16,608 bases of DNA from Bacteroidales bacterium (GCA_028282585.1 JANQHR010000103.1:1-16608); one strand, 5' to 3'; counted from the first letter of the stretch, positions 8,029 through 16,476 are shown. Numbers and translations: made by a program. Notes: generated from the letters alone by a model not told the origin.

Positions 8029-9090
8029 ATGAATAACTACGGTTCTGATCAAAAATCTGCATTAGATGCGAAAATAGATGCTCAAAAAATTGCGTTCGCT
8101 CCAATTGTTTTCCAGGCGGTTTTATCTTTAAGGAATTTGAAAATCTTGGAAATACTAGATCAGAATTCTGAAGGATTAACAGCGCAAGATATTGCAGAAA
8201 AAGTTAATATTTCAGAATATGGAGTAAGAGTTTTACTCGACGCAGGGTTAAGTGCTGAAGTGGTAATGTTAAGAGATAACAAATATCTTTTAACAAAAAC
8301 AGGATATTATTTTATTGCAGATCAAATGACAAATATTAATATGGATTTTGTTCAGGATGTTTGCTACAATGGAATGTTTTATCTGGAAAATTCAATAAAA
8401 AACAAAAAGCCCGAAGGCTTAAAGGTTTTTGGTAACTGGCCTACAATATATCATGGATTATCGAAATTACCAGATCAGGTTAAAAAAAGCTGGTTTGCAT
8501 TTGATCATTTTTATTCTGATAATGTTTTTAAATCAGTTTTACCAATCATATTTGAAGATAATAGAAAAAAAGTTTTAGATGTTGGTGGTAATACGGGAAA
8601 ATTCTCTTTACAATGCGCAAAGTACAATTCTGAAGCCGAAATTACAATAATGGACCTACCCGGGCAGTTAAATGTTGCTTTGGAAAATGCGAGAAAAGAA
8701 GGCTTTGAAAACCAAATAAAAGGCCATTCAACTGATATTTTAGATCATTCAAAACCTTTCCCGAAAAGATTTGATATTATCTGGATGAGTCAGTTCTTAG
8801 ACTGTTTTTCCGAAGAAAATATTTTCCAAATTTTAAAAAGAGCTGCTCAATCTATGACCGAAAATACAAGATTATTCATTTTAGAAACATACTGGGACAG
8901 GCAAAAGTTTGATGTCTCCACTTTCTGCCTGAATAATACCTCACTATATTTTACTGCCCTGGCAAATGGAAACAGCCGCATGTATCATTCGGAAGATATG
9001 ATTCGACTAATAAAAGAAGCCGGATTAAGGATCGAAACTATAACAGATGATTTAGGAATTAGTCACACCCTAATTGAATGTAAACTTTAA
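8029..9090 (+). CDS. SAM-dependent methyltransferase (O-methyltransferase family 2 with N-terminal dimerisation/wHTH region)
   Basis: SAM motif VLDVGGNTGKF, MDLPGQ and WMSQFLDCFSE. The N-terminus AQKIAFAPIVFQ recalls methyltransferases of aryl polyene/flexirubin-type clusters. Confidence 0.85.
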   Translation: MNNYGSDQKSALDAKIDAQKIAFAPIVFQAVLSLRNLKILEILDQNSEGLTAQDIAEKVNISEYGVRVLLDAGLSAEVVMLRDNKYLLTKTGYYFIADQMTNINMDFVQDVCYNGMFYLENSIKNKKPEGLKVFGNWPTIYHGLSKLPDQVKKSWFAFDHFYSDNVFKSVLPIIFEDNRKKVLDVGGNTGKFSLQCAKYNSEAEITIMDLPGQLNVALENARKEGFENQIKGHSTDILDHSKPFPKRFDIIWMSQFLDCFSEENIFQILKRAAQSMTENTRLFILETYWDRQKFDVSTFCLNNTSLYFTALANGNSRMYHSEDMIRLIKEAGLRIETITDDLGISHTLIECKL

Positions 9091-9091
9091 C

Positions 9092-10123
9092 TTATTTATC
9101 GAAATCTTCTATAACCGGAGTTTCTTCAATAACATCCGAATGCTCTTTAATGCTTCGTAGCCAAAGCTTTTGTCCTACTTTCGGTTCTGTACCCTCTTCC
9201 ATCAAGTTTTTTTCATAAAGCTTTTTGATCTTTATTCCATATAACTGAGAGATGGAATACATCGTCTCTCCTTCTTTAACATCATGAAAATCAAAGCCAT
9301 GTTCTGCTTTATTCCTTTTTGGTTGTATATACAAAATTTGACCTTCAGCTAAATCGATATCTCCTTCAATCTCGTTGTACTTATATAATTCCCATGAAAG
9401 CATCCCTAATTCCTCAGTAATACTTTTAAATGTATCTCCTTTTCTTACAATTATATAATCAATCCTATTTTTACTGAATACTCTGTGTTTTTCAGTATAG
9501 ATATTAAAGTTATCAACGTCACCTAGATATATTTGACCAGAATCCGAAATATCTTCTGTTTCATCAAATACTAAACTTCCTCCCTGATCATAAACATATA
9601 ATTGATTATCCTCAATAATTTTGATAAGCATACTAGCATAGGTTTTACTTGTTGCATAACCTGCTTTTTGTAATCCTCGTGCCCACGATTTATAATCTTT
9701 AGGACTTAAATCAAACAAAAAGGAATATCGCTGACCTTTTGCTATAAAATCAGAATGATCGATGTAAGATTCATAAACAGATTTATATTTTCTGAAACAT
9801 TCATTTCGTCTGTCATCATCATGATAAACTTTTGCACCCTTCCAACTGCTATGGCATTTAATTCCAAAATGATTGTTTGATTTTTTAGCTAAAGTGCTAT
9901 TTCCATTGTCAGACTCCAACATGGCCTGAGCTAGTTTAATACTTGCCGGAATCTTACTTCTTTTCATTTCCTTTATCGCCAGATCTTTATATGTTTTAAT
10001 ATACTCTTTTCTATCCAGGCTTATATATTTTGGTGCTGGTTGTTTTGTTGATTGAGGTACTTGTCGTACTTTACAAGAAACTACGGCTATTGGTATTATT
10101 AGGTATAATAACTTCTTTGTCAT
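9092..10123 (-). CDS. Lipoprotein peptidoglycan hydrolase: GH73 glucosaminidase plus two LysM domains
   Basis: Lipobox MTKKLLYLIIPIAVVS-C; GH73 motifs IPASIKLAQAMLES, NNHFGIKC and GLQKAGYAT; LysM-like IVRKGDTF and VKEGETMYSISQLYGI. ATG at 10123. Confidence 0.92.
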   Translation of the reverse strand: MTKKLLYLIIPIAVVSCKVRQVPQSTKQPAPKYISLDRKEYIKTYKDLAIKEMKRSKIPASIKLAQAMLESDNGNSTLAKKSNNHFGIKCHSSWKGAKVYHDDDRRNECFRKYKSVYESYIDHSDFIAKGQRYSFLFDLSPKDYKSWARGLQKAGYATSKTYASMLIKIIEDNQLYVYDQGGSLVFDETEDISDSGQIYLGDVDNFNIYTEKHRVFSKNRIDYIIVRKGDTFKSITEELGMLSWELYKYNEIEGDIDLAEGQILYIQPKRNKAEHGFDFHDVKEGETMYSISQLYGIKIKKLYEKNLMEEGTEPKVGQKLWLRSIKEHSDVIEETPVIEDFDK

Positions 10124-10143
10124 TTTTTTTTTGTTATTTTGAA

Positions 10144-10151
10144 CAAATGTA
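10144..10151 (-). promoter_or_regulatory. Putative -7 promoter box for the GH73-LysM gene
   Basis: Minus-strand TACATTTG 20 bp upstream of the ATG at 10123. Confidence 0.55.
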
Positions 10152-10203
10152 AATATAAATATCATTTTTTAGGTTTGGTATTTTTCACAAGTAATAATAT
10201 CTT

Positions 10204-10686
10204 ATGAACAAGCGCGAAATAAAGTCCACTTTAATAGATTACAATTCTCTTGCCGAACTTGATTTTAAATACCAGGAATTAATCCAAAAAGCTAAAGAAG
10301 CTGCTGAAAAAGCTTATGCACCTTATTCGAAGTTTAAAGTTGGAGCTGCAGTTTTATTAGAGAATAATGTAATTATTCAAGGAAATAACCAAGAAAATGC
10401 AGCATACCCTTCAGGACTGTGTGCGGAGAGAGTTGCAATTTTTTATGCAAATTCTAAATATCCGAATGTTACTATAAAGGCGGTTGCCATAACAGCTAAT
10501 ATAGAAAATAGTTTTATTAACGAACCAATTCCTCCTTGCGGATCATGTTTACAAGTTATGTTAGAAAGTGAAAACCGTACGCAAAATCCTATTAAAGTTT
10601 TGCTTTATGGTGAAAATAGAATTACCGTAGCTGAAGGAATCAAACAATTCCTGCCATTTAATTTTGATAAAGAAATGCTAAAATAA
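10204..10686 (+). CDS. cdd: Cytidine deaminase (short, homotetrameric type)
   Basis: AYAPYSKFKVGAA, GNNQENAAYPSGLCAERVA and PCGSC zinc motifs. Confidence 0.95.
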   Translation: MNKREIKSTLIDYNSLAELDFKYQELIQKAKEAAEKAYAPYSKFKVGAAVLLENNVIIQGNNQENAAYPSGLCAERVAIFYANSKYPNVTIKAVAITANIENSFINEPIPPCGSCLQVMLESENRTQNPIKVLLYGENRITVAEGIKQFLPFNFDKEMLK

Positions 10687-10689
10687 ATT

Positions 10690-12291
10690 TTAGTATTTTG
10701 ATAAGATTTTAAGGAATTCACTATTAGGAGTAATCCCATCATCATCATCAGAAAATTCTGGTTTTAATCTGTTCACAAAGTACATATCAAGCTGAACGTT
10801 ATTTTTTACTTCAACCTTTCCACGATGGGTGCACTCAAAATAATCCTTAATGTATTCATACGTATCACCAGAAACATTAACTTTCTCTACCTCTCCTGAT
10901 TGCTCCATTCTGCTGGCCTTATTTACAGCATCACCCCAAATATCATAAGCAAATTTCTTTTTCCCTATTACCCCTGCAATAACTTCTCCGGTATGGATTC
11001 CTAATCGAAGCTCCCAGGGAGTTTCATTTTCTTTTCTCTTATTCTCCGCATAATCCCGCATAAATTTTTGAATTTTTAAACCGGCCAGTGTTACATCAAT
11101 TGGATTACTTTTATTTCTTAATGGAAGCCCTCCGGCACACATATATGCATCACCAATGGTTTTTATTTTTTCAATGTAATGTCCCTCAATAATTTCATCG
11201 AACTTTTGTATATAAACGTTCAGTTCCTTAACAAGCTCTTGGCTATCCAATACATTAGTTAGGTTCGAAAAATTCTTGAAATCTGTAAATAAGATGCTTA
11301 CTAGTTTATACTGCTTCGATTTTGCAAATCCCTTTTTCCTTAATTGCTCCGCCGTTTCAAAAGGAAGAATGTTTAACAACAACTCATCTGACTTCTTTCT
11401 TTGTTCTTCAATAAACTCCTTTTGTTTCTCGATTTCTTCCCGCTGTTTTTCCAAAAGTAAATTAGAACTTTCCAGATGTTCAGTCAATGTTATCAAACTT
11501 TCGTTTTTTGCTTCTAATCTTTCTTCTGCCTCCTTTAATGCCGTAACATTTGATTCTATAGCGATGTATTTTATAATAATATCCTGTTCGTTATAAACAG
11601 GAGTTAATGTTGTTTGTATCCATATAGGTTCGCCATATTTGGTTGCCCATTTTTGTTCATATAAAATACTTTCTGCTCCATTTTTACATTGCGTAATTGC
11701 ATCTGCTAGCTTTGGATTTTTGTTAGGGTCAAAAATAGTTGACTCAAATTTCTCTTTAAATTCTTCTAGAGTATAACCATACATTCGTTCAAACCCTTCA
11801 TTCACCCATTCTATTTCACTATCATGACTAATAATTACAACGCCCGTTGCCGTTTTCTTAGCAACAATTGAAAGTTCACGAAGAAGTTCATGTTCTATGT
11901 AAATCTCATGTTGGAATTCTTTTCTGCTTTCGGCAGCCTCAATTCGCATTAATAGTTCATCTTTGGTATAAGGTTTTTTTATAAAATCCACTATACCATA
12001 TTCAAAAACTCTATCAAAGTTTGTGCGTGGGGAATATTCGATAATTAAAATAACAGGAATTCTGTTAGTAGAATTATCCTGCTTTAATGACATAATGCTT
12101 TCTATACCGCTTTTAGCTAAAGAATCAACACTTATTAATATAATATTTGGTTGAGTTTTTAATGCAATTTGATATATTTCATTTCGCGCTGATCTAATGA
12201 TTTCAAATCTATCCAAATCATCATTTAGAGTTTCTTGCAAATAATCGAAAGAATTTCCATTATCACTTGCAATTAATATTTTATAACTCAT
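10690..12291 (-). CDS. Cytoplasmic class III adenylate cyclase with N-terminal degenerate receiver, PAS domain and coiled coil
   Basis: Catalytic motifs ILFTDFKNFS, KIKTIGDAYM and AYDIWGDAVNKASRME (Lys/Asp pair indicates ATP specificity); SDELLLNILP transducer element; PAS motif IEWVNEGFERMYGY; REC-like GIVDFIKKPY. No TM segment apparent. Confidence 0.9.
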   Translation of the reverse strand: MSYKILIASDNGNSFDYLQETLNDDLDRFEIIRSARNEIYQIALKTQPNIILISVDSLAKSGIESIMSLKQDNSTNRIPVILIIEYSPRTNFDRVFEYGIVDFIKKPYTKDELLMRIEAAESRKEFQHEIYIEHELLRELSIVAKKTATGVVIISHDSEIEWVNEGFERMYGYTLEEFKEKFESTIFDPNKNPKLADAITQCKNGAESILYEQKWATKYGEPIWIQTTLTPVYNEQDIIIKYIAIESNVTALKEAEERLEAKNESLITLTEHLESSNLLLEKQREEIEKQKEFIEEQRKKSDELLLNILPFETAEQLRKKGFAKSKQYKLVSILFTDFKNFSNLTNVLDSQELVKELNVYIQKFDEIIEGHYIEKIKTIGDAYMCAGGLPLRNKSNPIDVTLAGLKIQKFMRDYAENKRKENETPWELRLGIHTGEVIAGVIGKKKFAYDIWGDAVNKASRMEQSGEVEKVNVSGDTYEYIKDYFECTHRGKVEVKNNVQLDMYFVNRLKPEFSDDDDGITPNSEFLKILSKY

Positions 12292-12525
12292 AGAATTTGA
12301 AATCGTTTATAATTAATATACGAGTTTAAAAATATAAATTTTAAAACGAATTCGGTCGAATTTTAATTTTTTTTATCTGATACATTTTTACTGTTCGTAC
12401 TAATAATTTAAGCTTTCATCAAAATAAGATTAAGATTTAAACCAAAAATTGAAAATAACGTATATGGTTTCTGGTTAATTTACCGAACAATCCTTATTTT
12501 TATTTTTCAAAACTCGAAACTTTAA

Positions 12526-13764
12526 ATGATTTTCAAGTTATTAGTTTTAAATTTTAATTCAACAAGCATTGAAGGAATAAATTCTATTGTTAATTCCGAA
12601 TACCCTAATATTGACTTATATATTTTAGATCAACATCAAGATATAATATCCGATGTACAAGCAATATCACCTGAAATAGTTCTTTTTGATTTGGATAGCC
12701 AGTTAAATCATGAAGAAAAAAGTGAAAAATTACTTTATAGAATTAGTCATGATTTAAACTTACCCGTTATTGCATTTTCGTCGAAAAATTTGCATAAAAC
12801 AGCTTTTGAAGCAGGTGCAATTAATTTTATACAAAAACCTTTCAAGGATGTAACTTTAATCTCAAACCTAAAGTCTACCCTATCACTTATTGATATACAA
12901 GAAGCTATATATGAAAAAGAGCGCGAGATTGAAGAAAAAAATGTACGTATTCAATTTCAAATTGAAAATGAGTTAAAACAAAGAGAAATAATTATTCGAA
13001 AGAATAAGGAAGTAATGGCTGATATTCGTTATGCCAGTCGAATTCAGCAGGCAATACTTCCAAGTATCGAATATATAAACGAACATTTACAGGAGTATTT
13101 CATTTTACACCAGCCCAAAAGCCATGTTGGTGGTGATTTTTATTGGCTTAACTGTCAGGGTAATCGAAAAATCATTGCTGTTGGAGATTGTACCGGTCAT
13201 GGTATTTCAGGAGCATTAATGCATATGCTTGGTTCTGTTTATCTAAATGAAATTATAAATGCAGGCATTTATGAAACAGCAAGTGATATTTTAGAGCAAC
13301 TAAGAGATCATATTATGAGATCTTTAAATCAAACAGGAGAATTAGGAGAAACGCAAGATGGATTAGATATCGCTTTGTGTGTTGTTGATTGTAATAAAAA
13401 GAAATTGCAATACTCAGGAGCAAATAATCCTCTTTACATCATTAAAAATAAAGAATTAACCGAAATAAGAGGTGATAGAATGCCTGTTGGAATTCATGTA
13501 AACTTCGATAAACCATTCACTAACCAGGTTATTGATATAGAAAGTGATGATCAAATTTATCTATTTTCAGATGGATTTGCTGATCAATTTGGAGGTCCTA
13601 AAAATAAAAAATTCAGATACAAACAGTTTAAAGAATTATTGGTTAAAATTTGCCATGAGCCAATGAATATTCAGAAAGAAATTCTTAATAATTCGCATGA
13701 TAAATGGAGGGGATCCGCAGAGCAAATTGATGATATTCTTGTTTTTGGTATAAAAATAAAATAA
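12526..13764 (+). CDS. Receiver-like domain plus PP2C/SpoIIE-family Ser/Thr phosphatase (cytoplasmic)
   Basis: REC motifs PEIVLFD, LPVIAFSS and AGAINFIQKPF; YASRIQQAILP linker; PP2C motifs VGGDFY, VGDCTGHG, LFSDGFADQ and QIDDI. Confidence 0.9.
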   Translation: MIFKLLVLNFNSTSIEGINSIVNSEYPNIDLYILDQHQDIISDVQAISPEIVLFDLDSQLNHEEKSEKLLYRISHDLNLPVIAFSSKNLHKTAFEAGAINFIQKPFKDVTLISNLKSTLSLIDIQEAIYEKEREIEEKNVRIQFQIENELKQREIIIRKNKEVMADIRYASRIQQAILPSIEYINEHLQEYFILHQPKSHVGGDFYWLNCQGNRKIIAVGDCTGHGISGALMHMLGSVYLNEIINAGIYETASDILEQLRDHIMRSLNQTGELGETQDGLDIALCVVDCNKKKLQYSGANNPLYIIKNKELTEIRGDRMPVGIHVNFDKPFTNQVIDIESDDQIYLFSDGFADQFGGPKNKKFRYKQFKELLVKICHEPMNIQKEILNNSHDKWRGSAEQIDDILVFGIKIK

Positions 13765-13790
13765 CTTTAACCTTTGTTAATATTATAGTT

Positions 13791-15524
13791 GTGAGAAAAA
13801 TAGCAAAAATCATATTTATACTTTCCCTATTAAGCATATTTTTATGTGATTCTTCCTTTTCTCAAGATATAAAAAACGAACTTGCAAGCTATGAAACAAA
13901 AATTGAAAAGTACAAACAAGAAAATAATCCTTCGCTTGAGTTAGAATATTTAAATAAAGCAGCTTTTTTGTGCTGGGATAATCAAATGTACAATAAGGCA
14001 ATTAGTCATTTTAAAAGAGTTCTGGAATTAAATGAAAAACTAGGAAATCAAAACGGAGTTCTTTTAAGTATCAATTACCTAGGTGTAATATACGATGAAA
14101 CGCAAGATTATAATACTGCAATTGAATATTTCAAAAAAGCTTTAAATATTTATAAACGCTCTAATGATAAAAAGAATATTTCTTCTTCGCTTTTTAATAT
14201 TTCGCAAACTTATCAAAACTTGGGCAATTATGATGAATCTAACTCATCAGCTTTAGAAGGTGTTGAATTTGCCAAAGAAATTAATGATTTAAAACTGGTC
14301 AGAAGCTTTTACGGGATACTTGCTAATAATTACCAAAATCTTGGAAACTCTGAAAAAAGTATTGAATATTTCGACTTGTTTGCTTCAATAGATAAGTTTT
14401 TGAAGAAAGAAGAAATTAAAACTATAAAAGAAGAATCGGAAACTCAAGTTCAAAAGGCTGAACAGGAAAAACAACAAACTCAACAAGAATTAGCAAAACA
14501 AACGGATAAACTTAAACAAACGGAGACATCTCTAGCAAAAGTTGAAGAACTAACTAAGGAACAACAGATGCAACTTGAGTTAAAAGAATCCAAAATTAGA
14601 GAACAAGCCGCGCAATTGAAATTTGAACGTTTGGTTCGAAATATTTTAACCTGGGGAATTATAGCCATTTTAATATTTTTGGTTGCCCTTACTGCCCTTT
14701 ATAGAAAAATTAGATCGCAAAAAAATCAAATAGAAGAACAAAGGGATATTCTTGATTTACAAAATAAAAAGATTAACTCAAGTATACAGTACGCACAGAA
14801 TATACAACGTGCTATATTACCTGTAAAAAATCAAATAGAAAACTTATTTGAAAGTTTCATTATATACAAACCTAAAGATATTGTATCCGGTGATTTTTAT
14901 TGGTTTGCTCAGATAAAAGACACAGCGTTTTTAGCAGCAGTTGACTGTACAGGACATGGTGTTCCGGGAGCCTTTATGTCTATGATTGGTAATAGTCTAT
15001 TAAATGAAATTGTTTTAGAAAAAAATATTACAGAACCGGCAAAAATATTATCTTTATTAAACGAAAAAATAATTGAATCGTTAAGGCAAGACGAAACTGA
15101 AAATAATGACGGAATGGATGTTTGTTTTATATCAATTGATATAAATACAAAGAAAATAACATTTTCAGGTGCAAAAAGACCTTTGTTTATTTTCAACAAA
15201 AAAACATCCGAGTTTAATGAAATAAAGGGAGATCGATTATCAATTGGCGGTGCAAAAAGGAAAAATAAAAATGAAGAATTTAACAACCGCATAATTGATA
15301 CAGAAGCAGGTGATATTTTATTTTTATCGTCAGATGGTTTAACTGATCAGAATAACTCAGAAAGAAAAAGATTTGGAAGTAATAGGCTCAAAGAAATTAT
15401 TTTAAATAATATTTCGGAGCCAATGAATAAACAAAAAGATATTATTGAAAATGAGCTGAATAATTTCCAAAAAAATGAGGAACAAAGAGATGATATTACT
15501 TTAATTGGTATAAAAATAAATTAA
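13791..15524 (+). CDS. Membrane sensor phosphatase: signal peptide, TPR repeats, coiled coil, TM, PP2C/SpoIIE domain (SiaA-like role)
   Basis: Signal peptide ending SSFS-Q; TPR-like repeats (YLGVIYDETQDYNTAIEYFKKALNI); TM ILTWGIIAILIFLVALTALY; PP2C motifs VSGDFYW, VDCTGHG, SSDGLTDQ and QRDDIT. Confidence 0.9.
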   Translation: MRKIAKIIFILSLLSIFLCDSSFSQDIKNELASYETKIEKYKQENNPSLELEYLNKAAFLCWDNQMYNKAISHFKRVLELNEKLGNQNGVLLSINYLGVIYDETQDYNTAIEYFKKALNIYKRSNDKKNISSSLFNISQTYQNLGNYDESNSSALEGVEFAKEINDLKLVRSFYGILANNYQNLGNSEKSIEYFDLFASIDKFLKKEEIKTIKEESETQVQKAEQEKQQTQQELAKQTDKLKQTETSLAKVEELTKEQQMQLELKESKIREQAAQLKFERLVRNILTWGIIAILIFLVALTALYRKIRSQKNQIEEQRDILDLQNKKINSSIQYAQNIQRAILPVKNQIENLFESFIIYKPKDIVSGDFYWFAQIKDTAFLAAVDCTGHGVPGAFMSMIGNSLLNEIVLEKNITEPAKILSLLNEKIIESLRQDETENNDGMDVCFISIDINTKKITFSGAKRPLFIFNKKTSEFNEIKGDRLSIGGAKRKNKNEEFNNRIIDTEAGDILFLSSDGLTDQNNSERKRFGSNRLKEIILNNISEPMNKQKDIIENELNNFQKNEEQRDDITLIGIKIN

Positions 15525-15528
15525 CCTA

Positions 15529-16053
15529 ATGAATGATACAGTTTTAATTATGACGGGCAAAACTATCTTATCATATAAAGGACCATTTTACATCGAATTA
15601 ATTTGCGTATTTGGAACAAACATTAGAAATATTAATGATTCTTTTAGCAATGCCCGCAAAAAACTCTTTAAGATATTCATTGAGCTTTCACAAAATGTAT
15701 CTAATTATTCTGAAGATTTCCATATGGTTAATAATGTTCAACGAATTGGAGTTGGAGAACTTACTTTAAAAGAAACAGATACTTCATATATTTTTACTAC
15801 CAGAAATCAAGTAAAAGATAAAGATGCAAATATCCTGGCAGAACGTTGTGAATTAGTTAATGCATCGGACCAATTAAGATTAAGAGAATTAAAGCGTGAA
15901 CAAAGATTAAATTCTCCGGGAGAAAAATTTGGGGCAAGAATAGGATTGATACAAGCTGTAATGCTTTCAAAAAATAAGTTAGAATATCAGATAGACCAGA
16001 TAAACGAAAAATTTTCTTATTTTTCACTCACCGTAAAAGTTGATAAAAATTAA
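15529..16053 (+). CDS. siaB: SiaB-family protein kinase (DUF6272, GHKL-like)
   Basis: LSYKGPF, KLFKIFIELSQNVSNYS (E-x2-QN box), LRELKREQR and GARIGLI motifs. Lies between a PP2C gene and siaC. Confidence 0.8.
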   Translation: MNDTVLIMTGKTILSYKGPFYIELICVFGTNIRNINDSFSNARKKLFKIFIELSQNVSNYSEDFHMVNNVQRIGVGELTLKETDTSYIFTTRNQVKDKDANILAERCELVNASDQLRLRELKREQRLNSPGEKFGARIGLIQAVMLSKNKLEYQIDQINEKFSYFSLTVKVDKN

Positions 16054-16065
16054 ATAATTCATATT

Positions 16066-16455
16066 ATGGAAAATATTACTTTAACAAGCTCACCTACTAC
16101 GCCTTATTTCCCTGAAGTTAATTTCGATGTTAATAAAGGTACTTGTGAAATAAGTGGAGAATCGTACATGGAAGAGACTTATAAGTTTTATCTACCGTTA
16201 ATAAATTGGATAAAGGATTTCACAAATAATATTAAGAGACCAATTGAACTTAACATTAAACTTATTTATCTAAATACCAGTTCAACAAAGTGTGTATTAG
16301 ATATGTTAGAGATACTAAAGGATTATGAAGATGAAGGTGGAAAAGTTAAAGTAAATTGGTATTACGATAAAAGTGATCCTGATATGGTTGATGAAGTCGA
16401 AGATTTTGAAGCAGAATCAGGAATTAAGATTGAGTTAATCGAATTTGAACAGTAG
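16066..16455 (+). CDS. siaC: SiaC-family regulatory phosphoprotein (DUF1987)
   Basis: PEVNFD...ISGESY.E...FY.P...W, LIYLNTSSTK (Thr71 equivalent to the P. aeruginosa SiaC phospho-Thr in YLNTSS) and VKVNWYYD...DM...EDF. Confidence 0.9.
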   Translation: MENITLTSSPTTPYFPEVNFDVNKGTCEISGESYMEETYKFYLPLINWIKDFTNNIKRPIELNIKLIYLNTSSTKCVLDMLEILKDYEDEGGKVKVNWYYDKSDPDMVDEVEDFEAESGIKIELIEFEQ

Positions 16456-16476
16456 TCCGCATTTATAAAATCAAAG

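Noticed and set aside
10690-11300. Guanylate cyclase or Pycsar-type anti-phage pyrimidine cyclase
   Set aside because: Specificity residues are the Lys/Asp pair of adenylate cyclases. The REC-PAS architecture and lack of an adjacent TIR/TM effector favour signalling.
13132-15520. Short identical DNA stretches shared by the two phosphatase genes (GGTGATTTTTATTGG; TTGGTATAAAAATAAA)
   Set aside because: They encode conserved PP2C motifs (GDFYW, GIKI) under AT-biased codon use; not evidence of a repeat element or recent duplication.
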